The notes under the pieces are model-generated. The model saw only the letters and a program-made list of their open reading frames with translations, did not search any database and was not told the DNA's origin. From positions 1 through 64,000 of the IMG/VR virus record IMGVR_UViG_3300037400_003843: a stretch of DNA of 64,000 bases, one strand, 5' to 3'. The stretch's first letter is position 1; each line of letters begins with the position of its first letter. The stretch is from a virus (taxonomy: Duplodnaviria; Caudoviricetes). The position numbers and the translations under genes are program-made. Below, one piece after another: positions 8,669-16,512 of the stretch.

Positions 8669-9414
8669 ATTTTTAATTCTTTAGCCCACTTGGAAAGGAC
8701 GCCCTTACGAAGAGGACGCCCTTCCCTCGTGCAATAAACTGACGGATTTTTGTCGAACAGCACCTGTGCCTCCTCCAGGATCTCCTTTCGAGGCCGGCGC
8801 CGAAGAAGTTGGTTTTCTACCCACATATAGAGCGCCGACCCTCTCTTCCATTCATTTGCTCGCTTCTGCGCGTTTATGGCGGATTGCGAGGACGCGGCGC
8901 TTGTATCTACGCCCTTACCACGGCCGAGCGTGTTAATCCAGCGACCCGCCTTTGACATGTGGCCGCCGTTCTTGGCGATATCGTCCTTTATGGACTCGAG
9001 AGCAGATTTCGTACGGCCCGCAATCAATTCTCTTTCATAGGCGGCAACCGTAGCGAAGACGCCGAGGGTAAGCGTATTCATGACCGGAAGGTCGCATACA
9101 TATATGGAAATCCCAGTTTCCATAACCTTGAATGTGAACGCGATATTTCTGGCGAGACGATCGAGTTTAGCGATAACAAGCGTACAGGGCTCTATAGGCG
9201 TACTATTTGCCTTGCAGAAGTCTATCGCATCCAAAAGCCCCGGACGATCCGTTTCCTTTCCGCTCATGGCATCCTGGAACTCTTTCAGCACAACTCCGTC
9301 CTGGCGCTCGACATAGTCAAGGCACATACGTCTTTGTGCGTCAATTCCAAGGCCGGAGTCTTTTTGCTTACGTGTTGATACGCGGTAGTATGCAGCAAAT
9401 TTAGGCTTACTCAT
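8662..9414 (-). CDS. Small serine recombinase (resolvase/invertase family)
   Basis: Start trimmed to MSKPKFAAYYRVSTRKQ (catalytic Ser), SGKETDRPGL, AKLDRLARN, YERELIAGRTKSAL. Confidence 0.92.
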   Translation of the reverse strand: MSKPKFAAYYRVSTRKQKDSGLGIDAQRRMCLDYVERQDGVVLKEFQDAMSGKETDRPGLLDAIDFCKANSTPIEPCTLVIAKLDRLARNIAFTFKVMETGISIYVCDLPVMNTLTLGVFATVAAYERELIAGRTKSALESIKDDIAKNGGHMSKAGRWINTLGRGKGVDTSAASSQSAINAQKRANEWKRGSALYMWVENQLLRRRPRKEILEEAQVLFDKNPSVYCTREGRPLRKGVLSKWAKELKIC

Positions 9415-10087
9415 CTTTGAATTTCCATTTGTATCCGCCGGCCGAGGCCTGAATGCCATAGCAGCAGGCGGAGATGTTTGAACCATGTATTCCAAGCTCC
9501 ATGGCAGCGTAAGAACTACCGAGCCACTCGCGGACAAAACTCCCGTCCATTGTCATCTGAATTACAGGCTTGGTATGCGTGCCAGTGTTTCCTCGGCCTA
9601 TATTCCTTCTCCATTCTTCCGGAAGTTTTCTGCCGTATAAAGGGCTGTTCTTACCAGAGTATCTTTCTGAACGAGTTTTGGCTCCATTCGAAAGTGCCTC
9701 CTCTGTATGCGACGCAGCTATAACCTTTTCCGCACTGCGATAAAAAGACTCTCGGTATCTCTGAATTGTTACTGGATTGTTGTGGTTTTCTTTTGTCGTA
9801 ACCCACCTCAGGTTACTCGCGCGGTTATTCTTTGTGTCACCGTCAATGTGGTCAACCTCCGGCTTGCCATCAGGGTTTTCATGGAACGCCATCGCAATAA
9901 GCACATGTACGCGATATGTTTTAGGCGATCCGTTACGGCATAGCACGAGGCTATCGTACTTTCTTGTCCTCCCAGATGGAGACATGACCAGAAGACGGCC
10001 GTATCTTATGCTACGGACCCTGCCAAGACTACTTGCCTGGTACAATCCCTCATAACCCGGGATGTCTTTCCAAATTTCCTCTTCCAT
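9407..10087 (-). CDS. NUMOD4-HNH-NUMOD3-NUMOD1 homing endonuclease
   Basis: MEEEIWKDIPGYEGLYQAS, VDHIDGDTKNNRASNLRWVT, GKNSPLYGRKL, AGGYKWKF. Confidence 0.92.
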   Translation of the reverse strand: MEEEIWKDIPGYEGLYQASSLGRVRSIRYGRLLVMSPSGRTRKYDSLVLCRNGSPKTYRVHVLIAMAFHENPDGKPEVDHIDGDTKNNRASNLRWVTTKENHNNPVTIQRYRESFYRSAEKVIAASHTEEALSNGAKTRSERYSGKNSPLYGRKLPEEWRRNIGRGNTGTHTKPVIQMTMDGSFVREWLGSSYAAMELGIHGSNISACCYGIQASAGGYKWKFKDE

Positions 10088-10122
10088 AGAAGCTGACAAA
10101 TTTATGTTGGCTGACAAATAGA

Positions 10123-10194
10123 AAAGCAGGAAGGGCTGTCAGCTTACCTTTGTCGGCCGGTAGCTACTCCGGCCTATCCTGCTTTGCAAATATA
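10123..10194 (-). ncRNA. Promoter (TATATTTG) plus structured leader, family B copy 2
   Basis: Minus strand aaagcaGGATAGGccggAGTAGCTAccggCCGAcaaaggtAAGCtgacagccCTTCCtgcttt. Confidence 0.7.
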
Positions 10195-10261
10195 GCAATA
10201 ATTTTACTTTCTGGCAAGCATATCGTCCAAATATGCCACGAACATTGCTATCAGGAACATA

Positions 10262-10633
10262 CTACATTATGTTTACGGTTGAACCATCCGGGCAGATACA
10301 GGTAATGTGCCCGATTTCTTTCTCCCCTGCAGTTATATACCCGTCACCGGTATAGAAGTACCCGTAGACCTCGAGCGTGATGTTATACTCGGCGCAGTAC
10401 GGGTCGACGGTGTCGGCATGCTCCCACTCCGCGTCCGTCCAGTACTCGTCCCATAGGCACCTGGCCATGATCCTGTGATAGGCCGGAGAGAGCGTGAAGA
10501 TAGCAAGGCAGAATAGGGCGAACTGGACCAGGGCGAAAACGACGCGCCAGGCAGTGCTATCCATAAAGAGCGATACCGCGCCGACGATGGCGCTCAGGAT
10601 GATGATTACATAGAAGGTTTTGTTCTGTTTCAT
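10262..10633 (-). CDS. Membrane protein, two N-terminal TM helices
   Basis: 123 aa with two hydrophobic segments. Confidence 0.75.
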   Translation of the reverse strand: MKQNKTFYVIIILSAIVGAVSLFMDSTAWRVVFALVQFALFCLAIFTLSPAYHRIMARCLWDEYWTDAEWEHADTVDPYCAEYNITLEVYGYFYTGDGYITAGEKEIGHITCICPDGSTVNIM

Positions 10634-10652
10634 GGGTTATTGCTTTTTGAAG

Positions 10653-11411
10653 TCAAGATTGTGTTTTCTTTGCTTTCCTTGTGTATCCATGCTTCTGGTA
10701 CGGCTCGATGTAAATAAGCCTGTGTGTCCATTCCCCGTCCTTCTTGTACGGCTGCATCTTGAAGTGTCCACGGACGATGAAGCCTTCTTTTCTGATGATG
10801 GTCCGGAACCATGAGCAGTCGGTATAGCTTACGGTGATGTCGGACTCGACCAGGATCTTCTCTCCGTCCGGGGCCTTTACCTTCTTGTTCATTTTCGCCT
10901 CGACCGTCTCGACGTCAGCGTACTTCTTGAATAGGTGGAAGAACAGCGGGTAGTAATCGTAACTCTCCGCCTGGATGTCCTGCCCGAGCTTTCCCATGTA
11001 ATCCCTTGGCACTAGATAACTGTCGGAGCCGGTATTGATGGCCACGAGGTGCTCTCCGCAGCAGGTAAGTGCCTTGTGTCCGACATCTCCGTTCGGGGAC
11101 ATCTTAAAGTAGTAGAGTGTGACCCACCGACCCACGATGAGGCATCCGTAGATGGGCTCGCGGAGGATTTCCCTAAGCGTCTCGTGCGTCAGGATTTTTT
11201 CCCGGTTCATCCATGCTGCCCTGATGAACGGCATAGACACGGCGTCAACATGCTCTCTGAATATCGGTGCGGTATCGTGTGGGTCCTGGAAGAAGTCGTC
11301 GAACATTTCCCACGCTTTCTTTTCTTCGCCAGCTGGAATCTTGAGACCGATACCGGCATCTGGATTGTGAAGATATCCGAGGATTGGGTACTTTTCAAAA
11401 CTGATTTTCAT
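10653..11411 (-). CDS. Hypothetical protein with C-terminal VRGH motif
   Basis: Start trimmed to MKISFEK; GFIVRGHFKMQPY. Confidence 0.8.
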   Translation of the reverse strand: MKISFEKYPILGYLHNPDAGIGLKIPAGEEKKAWEMFDDFFQDPHDTAPIFREHVDAVSMPFIRAAWMNREKILTHETLREILREPIYGCLIVGRWVTLYYFKMSPNGDVGHKALTCCGEHLVAINTGSDSYLVPRDYMGKLGQDIQAESYDYYPLFFHLFKKYADVETVEAKMNKKVKAPDGEKILVESDITVSYTDCSWFRTIIRKEGFIVRGHFKMQPYKKDGEWTHRLIYIEPYQKHGYTRKAKKTQS

Positions 11412-11486
11412 AGCGCTACCTTTTTTCGTTGAACAGTTCCGGTATAAACGCCAGGGCGCATAATATGTAGACAATGATGAACATGG

Positions 11487-11759
11487 CTACATCTCCGTCT
11501 TAATTCTCTTAACATAGGCCTCCAGGCAGGTCAGCTCTTCCTCGAGCTCTCCGGCGGTCCCGATAGAGGAGAATTCGAACTGGCGGACAATCTCGAGCTC
11601 CTCGAAAACCGTCAAATCGAAACTGACGTGTCCGTCGCCATTGTGCACACCGCAGTCCAGATGGCACGTGCGGCCAGTCTTGACGATTTCTATCTGCATG
11701 GGCTGGACCTTTGCGAGCGTCTCCAGCATGACGCTGTCGGGAAGATAACTTGTCTCCAT
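11487..11759 (-). CDS. Hypothetical protein
   Basis: METSYLPD start; co-oriented with operon. Confidence 0.7.
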   Translation of the reverse strand: METSYLPDSVMLETLAKVQPMQIEIVKTGRTCHLDCGVHNGDGHVSFDLTVFEELEIVRQFEFSSIGTAGELEEELTCLEAYVKRIKTEM

Positions 11760-11859
11760 TGCTTTGTTTTTTTTAAGTAACACTTGCTACAAGAACTATG
11801 CCACTACTTAAGGCGAGTGACGGAACCTACGGAATTTTGGTCGTCTGTTGTGTTCATGG

Positions 11860-12099
11860 CTATGCTTTTTCAGTGCAAATGTTATGGTAAAAATCAATGG
11901 CTGCTTTCTCGACTGTATCTCCAAAACCGGCGATTCCCTCTTGGAGATTGTCGCCGAAAAGGAAACACCACTGATTACCGTCCTTGAAGGGCTTCAATCC
12001 AAGAGAATGAATGCAGGACCACATGCAGAGTGGCGTCATAAAATCGCTGTACCGGCCGTCAAAAAGGTCAATAAAAAAGTTCCTATCTTCTGTTTCCAT
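11860..12099 (-). CDS. Hypothetical protein
   Basis: 79 aa; GDNLQEGIAGFGDT motif. Confidence 0.75.
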   Translation of the reverse strand: METEDRNFFIDLFDGRYSDFMTPLCMWSCIHSLGLKPFKDGNQWCFLFGDNLQEGIAGFGDTVEKAAIDFYHNICTEKA

Positions 12100-12101
12100 A
12101 G

Positions 12102-12284
12102 CTAAAACGCTGTAAAGATTTCTAATAAGTTCTGGACTCTGCTCTTTTCGTGGAGGCAGTCCATCTGGGCCTCTTTGTTACCTCCGTCGCGGTATGCTTC
12201 GGACATTTTGTAGAGCTTGTCGATACGGTCGCGCATCGAGTCGATGAGGATCTGCTGCTCCTCTGGAAGAAGGTTGATTGTCAT
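12102..12284 (-). CDS. Hypothetical protein
   Basis: 60 aa, tight spacing with neighbours. Confidence 0.65.
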   Translation of the reverse strand: MTINLLPEEQQILIDSMRDRIDKLYKMSEAYRDGGNKEAQMDCLHEKSRVQNLLEIFTAF

Positions 12285-12475
12285 AACTTTACCTGTGCTA
12301 TTGTGTGGAAGTTTACGCCTTGTGTCTTGACATCGTAGGCGTTTATAACTGTGGCGGTGTATCCAGTCTTTATGAGATACTCCTTGCGCTCTTTGGCCGC
12401 GTACTCTGATGCAGTCAGTTCTGGCTGCGAGAAGATAGGCCCAGGCTTTATTGGTGTTATAAGGTAGATTTTCAT
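12281..12475 (-). CDS. Hypothetical protein
   Basis: 64 aa, ATGA overlaps. Confidence 0.65.
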   Translation of the reverse strand: MKIYLITPIKPGPIFSQPELTASEYAAKERKEYLIKTGYTATVINAYDVKTQGVNFHTIAQVKL

Positions 12476-12636
12476 TTTGCTGTTGTGTTAAGTCTGTTCA
12501 TCCAGTTCTGCAGTTCCTTCTTGGTAAGGGCTCCGGAAATCTGCATCGCTTTTGCTTCTTCAAGGATTTCCGATTTGGGCCGGCCACGAAGAATAATGGC
12601 AAGCACTTTCTTGCGGCTTACTCTCTTCTTGCCCAT
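12472..12636 (-). CDS. 54 aa basic protein resembling the C-terminus of the serine recombinase
   Basis: Hand-translated MGKKRVSRKKVLAIILRGRPKSEILEEAKAMQISGALTKKELQNWMNRLNTTAK; fills the gap exactly (not in ORF track). Confidence 0.65.
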   Translation of the reverse strand: MGKKRVSRKKVLAIILRGRPKSEILEEAKAMQISGALTKKELQNWMNRLNTTAK

Positions 12637-12639
12637 CTC

Positions 12640-12840
12640 CTATGCCTCCACCACTTTTCCGTTAATGTATAGAGATACCTTGTTGGCGTGGATAGCCACT
12701 GCAGTAATCTCGCTGTCCTCGCAGGTCTCGTCATTGACGCATACCGGCGTATCTTTATCTACGACAGCCGACAGTACCTCTTCGAGCTGGCCGACAGTCA
12801 AGGGAATATCCGTGTATGCCAGTCCATCCATTATGATCAT
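12640..12840 (-). CDS. Hypothetical protein
   Basis: 66 aa; LTVGQLEEVL...DTPV. Confidence 0.65.
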   Translation of the reverse strand: MIIMDGLAYTDIPLTVGQLEEVLSAVVDKDTPVCVNDETCEDSEITAVAIHANKVSLYINGKVVEA

Positions 12841-12843
12841 ATC

Positions 12844-13149
12844 CTACCCCTCCACCAATCCGATGAACTCCGTGCAGGTGAAGCAGCGCCACAGACCCTT
12901 CTCCACGTCAAAGAACCGGATGATGCTGGCCGGTTCCGGCTTGGACTCACCCTTCGGTTCCCAGATGGTGCCGTCTTCCTGAACCATCAGGGCTCTCTTC
13001 AGGGTGCCCAGGGCGTCGCGGATGCTTCCGTCCTTCTTCTTGAATTGGAACTTGACGGCCTGCTCCATCATCTTCTCCTGGAGCTTCATGATTTCGTCGG
13101 CCTTGAATCCATCAATGCCGAGGCTTACTAATTCTTCATGTGTTTTCAT
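12844..13149 (-). CDS. WYL_2 / DUF2693-like Sm/SH3 beta-barrel protein
   Basis: VKFQFKKKDGSIRDALGTL ... RFFDVEKGLWRCF. Confidence 0.8.
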   Translation of the reverse strand: MKTHEELVSLGIDGFKADEIMKLQEKMMEQAVKFQFKKKDGSIRDALGTLKRALMVQEDGTIWEPKGESKPEPASIIRFFDVEKGLWRCFTCTEFIGLVEG

Positions 13150-13182
13150 CTTGCTTGTGTTTTTAAAAGTTAATTTTCTTTT

Positions 13183-13413
13183 CTATTCCTCCACTATCTT
13201 CAGTTGATCCTCGAGAACCTTGATGTGCTTTCTGATTGAATCAGCATTCTCGAATACTCGCCATCCACCGCGAAGTCCGTTCGCGATAGCAGCACGCTGT
13301 ACGGACTGGAAGTTCGTCTGCAGGAATTTCGCTGCAGCGTTGATGCTTTTGAACTCCTTCTTCTCTCTTGTCGTCTCATTAATGAGGACGATTCCGATGT
13401 TTAAATAACTCAT
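13183..13413 (-). CDS. Stand-alone NUMOD1-like HTH protein
   Basis: KKEFKSINAAAKFLQTNFQSVQRAA...GGWRVF. Confidence 0.65.
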   Translation of the reverse strand: MSYLNIGIVLINETTREKKEFKSINAAAKFLQTNFQSVQRAAIANGLRGGWRVFENADSIRKHIKVLEDQLKIVEE

Positions 13414-13555
13414 TTTGTTTTACCAATTATTAAGTTAATGTACTGGACCCACTGTGCTGCGGAATCGAACTTGCGCCACTTGCCATCAATCTCGCTTTTA
13501 TAGCCACGCCCCCATTCGTAGAGGGCGTAGCCTTCGTATGTCAGAATTGCCTTGT

Positions 13556-13831
13556 TCATCTGTCAATCGCCTCTTGGATGCTGTCGATTGTTTCCTGGAT
13601 GGTGTCGGCCAGGTCCTCCATGTTGCTGATGGCCTCGTCCATGTTGTCGATGTTCTCCTGCATGGCGTCTCCCTTCTCGCCTTCCTGCATGCTCTCTGGC
13701 AGGTTATCGTAGCACTCCTCTTCTTCGTCCTTGCAGGACTCTACCGTGGACTTGGCTTCCTCTATGGCAGACTTGGCTTCTTCGAGTTTGCCGATTGCTT
13801 CACTCAGCGCTTTTCTTCTCTCTTTGTTCAT
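13556..13831 (-). CDS. Acidic helical hypothetical protein
   Basis: MNKERRKAL...DEEEECYDNLPESMQEGEKG. Confidence 0.8.
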   Translation of the reverse strand: MNKERRKALSEAIGKLEEAKSAIEEAKSTVESCKDEEEECYDNLPESMQEGEKGDAMQENIDNMDEAISNMEDLADTIQETIDSIQEAIDR

Positions 13832-13961
13832 CGCTTTCGCTTTTAATGATTACACATACGAGCACCGCTATACTCAGAAGGAGCGGGCACTCAACGCTCC
13901 ACCAGGCTCCGTGGTAGGCGATTACCGCCAGTGCTACGGCTATTGTCAGTAAATATTTCAT
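13800..13961 (-). CDS. 53 aa small membrane protein
   Basis: Hand-translated MKYLLTIAVALAVIAYHGAWWSVECPLLLSIAVLVCVIIKSESDEQREKKSAE. Confidence 0.55.
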   Translation of the reverse strand: MKYLLTIAVALAVIAYHGAWWSVECPLLLSIAVLVCVIIKSESDEQREKKSAE

Positions 13962-13981
13962 AGTTTTATACTATGCAAATT

Positions 13982-14437
13982 CTATGCCACTGAATGTTCC
14001 TTGACAAGATTTTTGATGATGTCTTCTGCGGTGGGGACATCGTCCTCATAGTTTGTCCAAAAGGACTCAAAGGTCTTACCGTCCTTGCTCGTAAGCCAGT
14101 AGAGGTCAACCGGGAAGAGCGGGCATCCATTCAGGCCTTCGTGGATGTCCAGCCAGTATGCGAGCTTAGCCTCGAACTCGTAGTCATTAGTCTGGCCGTA
14201 GTACTCCCTCTTACACGCCTGGCGGAAATCCTCATCCTTCCACAGCTCCTCAACCGGAGGATAGCGAAGCTCCGTGTACGGGTCCCCGGGCTCCCAGGCG
14301 TAGTGAACGAGGATGACGATTGTGCCGTCATCGAGCACTTTACCGGCCCTCTCTCTAGTGGACTCATATTCCACTTCCAGCCCCAACTCCTTGAGCCGGG
14401 CCTCGAATTTCTCTTGTGCTGTCATGATTAGCTCCAT
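13982..14437 (-). CDS. Hypothetical protein
   Basis: 151 aa, operon context. Confidence 0.75.
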   Translation of the reverse strand: MELIMTAQEKFEARLKELGLEVEYESTRERAGKVLDDGTIVILVHYAWEPGDPYTELRYPPVEELWKDEDFRQACKREYYGQTNDYEFEAKLAYWLDIHEGLNGCPLFPVDLYWLTSKDGKTFESFWTNYEDDVPTAEDIIKNLVKEHSVA

Positions 14438-14724
14438 TTATAGTGTTCTACCATTATGTTCATCTTGAACTTGATGTCCACGCCGGAGAACTGCTCGCGG
14501 ATGGACTGCTTTGCGAAATCAATAGCTGAGTCTTTCTTACTACGACGAGCGGTCTCGTAAAGGAACCCGCCCCTCGGCGTATAGATGAAGTAAAGCGGGC
14601 CGTCAAACTCCCGCTTGCTCTTCTTGTCTACCTCTGCCAGGACTTGACCCGACTGCTTGTCATTGAACCTCCAATACTTTCCGTATGGGTTCGTGCATTC
14701 TGTGATGATGATTGTTGCTTCCAT
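14428..14724 (-). CDS. Hypothetical protein
   Basis: 98 aa, operon context. Confidence 0.7.
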   Translation of the reverse strand: MEATIIITECTNPYGKYWRFNDKQSGQVLAEVDKKSKREFDGPLYFIYTPRGGFLYETARRSKKDSAIDFAKQSIREQFSGVDIKFKMNIMVEHYKWS

Positions 14725-14875
14725 GATTTACTCGGTCTCGTTAAACATTTTGATAAGTTTTGCGCGGATGTCCTTGTAAAGGTCAATCCAGCAACTATTC
14801 TCCGACTCGTGGATTTTACGGTTGACGAGATTGATGAGCTCGTCCAACTCGTTAAGCTCTAACTTTGTTTCCATA

Positions 14876-15592
14876 TCAGTGTGCTTCAAATAAGATTCTT
14901 TCTCCGTTTTTCAGACTCCAGCAGCCCTCGTCCTTTACGGCACAGGCTGAACAATCTCCGCCACACCATATACCGCTCGGTACAAGCTCTCCCTTCCAGA
15001 CCGGCCTCGAGGTCGGCAGGTTGTGCGGATTGAATACATCCAGACCGCGCCACTCGCTGAAGATGATGTGCAGGTTCTCTGGAAGCGGTCCGTTGTCGTC
15101 AATCCATCTGTTGACGATTCCAAACTGCTTCGTGAACGCAAGCACCTGGCAGTGAGGGTTCTTCTTGGACACCTCAACCATAGAATCGAAGAACTCTTCG
15201 CTCAAGATATCTCCCGAAACGAAAAACCGGAACCACTTATTCTTCTTCATCTCCCCGTCCACCTCTCGGAAGAACTTCTCCGGCTCCCTCCTGGCGATTG
15301 CACTGTTATTGGCAAATGCGGCTCGGCTTGCCTTATAGCAGGCAATGTTTCTCGCTGCATAGCAGCCCCTCGCACAGCAGGCGCAGTTTGCGCCACAATC
15401 GGCAATCGGGATAAGCGATACCGACGGTACAAGGTTGCCCGTCTTACGGTTGCCGTAACTGAACTTTACATGGGCGTTCTCCACATCTACCTCGCCCCGC
15501 ATCTCCACCATCTCTTTTACCCGCCCCTGGATGGTTTCGTTCTTGAATTCACAATACTGGTGCTTGCCAGTGAGTTTTGCGTGTGTGCTCAT
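14876..15592 (-). CDS. gp88-like Cys-rich (radical-SAM-like Fe-S) protein
   Basis: GNRKTG..SVSL, CxxxCxCCxxxCYA, FRFFVSGDI, AFTKQ, NLHIIFSEW. Confidence 0.7.
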   Translation of the reverse strand: MSTHAKLTGKHQYCEFKNETIQGRVKEMVEMRGEVDVENAHVKFSYGNRKTGNLVPSVSLIPIADCGANCACCARGCYAARNIACYKASRAAFANNSAIARREPEKFFREVDGEMKKNKWFRFFVSGDILSEEFFDSMVEVSKKNPHCQVLAFTKQFGIVNRWIDDNGPLPENLHIIFSEWRGLDVFNPHNLPTSRPVWKGELVPSGIWCGGDCSACAVKDEGCWSLKNGERILFEAH

Positions 15593-15596
15593 AGTG

Positions 15597-15791
15597 TTAG
15601 CCCTCCATAAGTTCTAATTTTACTTTATCATACATTGGTTTTGTCACCCAGATAACTGCTCCGGGTACTTCGATGCGATGACGGGTCAATCCGTCTATTG
15701 TGTTTCTCTCGGGGCGCATATAGTAGATGTGGTCGACATTTACTACGTAGTCGACTCCCGCATCGCTGCGAATCTCTATGAACTTTGCCAT
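15597..15791 (-). CDS. Hypothetical protein
   Basis: MAKFIEI...VNVDHIYY, short beta-rich phage protein. Confidence 0.7.
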   Translation of the reverse strand: MAKFIEIRSDAGVDYVVNVDHIYYMRPERNTIDGLTRHRIEVPGAVIWVTKPMYDKVKLELMEG

Positions 15792-15793
15792 AA

Positions 15794-16093
15794 CTATTCG
15801 TTGATTATTTTACGTACGTCATCCCAGTCTACATTTAAGACTCGAGTCCATCGACCACCTTCGTCAAGTTTCTCGTCATTGAAGTCTTTCTCAAATTCAG
15901 CAGCCGACATGATATTGTACTTGCTCAGAGGATTATATCCACTTAGTTCCACGTAATAAAACAGAACATCCATCTCGTCACGTTTGTGCCAAAGGATGTC
16001 AAATGCGTCACGGTCAGAAACATCGTCAAATGCGTGGCGCCCAACCTCGCGGTCAAAAATCGACCAAAATGCTAAGATTGTCATGGCTACCAA
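15794..16093 (-). CDS. Hypothetical protein
   Basis: 99 aa, operon context. Confidence 0.7.
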   Translation of the reverse strand: MVAMTILAFWSIFDREVGRHAFDDVSDRDAFDILWHKRDEMDVLFYYVELSGYNPLSKYNIMSAAEFEKDFNDEKLDEGGRWTRVLNVDWDDVRKIINE

Positions 16094-16377
16094 ATTCGAT
16101 TTACTTTAACTTCATAGAACTGCCGAGGCTGATTGTCCTCGCCGGTGTAGGTCTGTCCACGCATCGTACCGTCCAGGTGGATATCCTTTCCCTTTTCCAC
16201 ATCGCAGTCGCCCCAGTATACGCAGTTGAACCAGGTCGTGCTGACGGTCGCTCCTGCTCCGCCACGATATACAGTGTCAACGGCAACGCTGAATCGCACA
16301 ACGCGCTCATTTCCAATTGTCTGCTCGTGGACCGCACCAACACGACCTACGAGTTCGATTTTGCTTAAGTGTTCCAT
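16087..16377 (-). CDS. ssb: Single-stranded DNA-binding protein (short, no acidic tail)
   Basis: MEHLSKIELVGRVG, RFSVAV, TTWFNCVYWG, LDGTMRGQTY. Confidence 0.8.
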   Translation of the reverse strand: MEHLSKIELVGRVGAVHEQTIGNERVVRFSVAVDTVYRGGAGATVSTTWFNCVYWGDCDVEKGKDIHLDGTMRGQTYTGEDNQPRQFYEVKVNRIW

Positions 16378-16512
16378 AATGTTAGAATATGTAGTGAAAC
16401 TGTCTGTCTTCCGGCGTGTCTTTCGTCTCCTTGAGGACATAGCACCAGAGCGTTTGACACCTCGCTCCGTACCAGGTTTCACGGGCGATGTGGTATCCCT
16501 TCTTCTTGTCCA

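Noticed and set aside
13455-13480. GTTCGATT T-loop-like sequence on the minus strand
   Set aside because: The flanks do not form a 5-bp T stem
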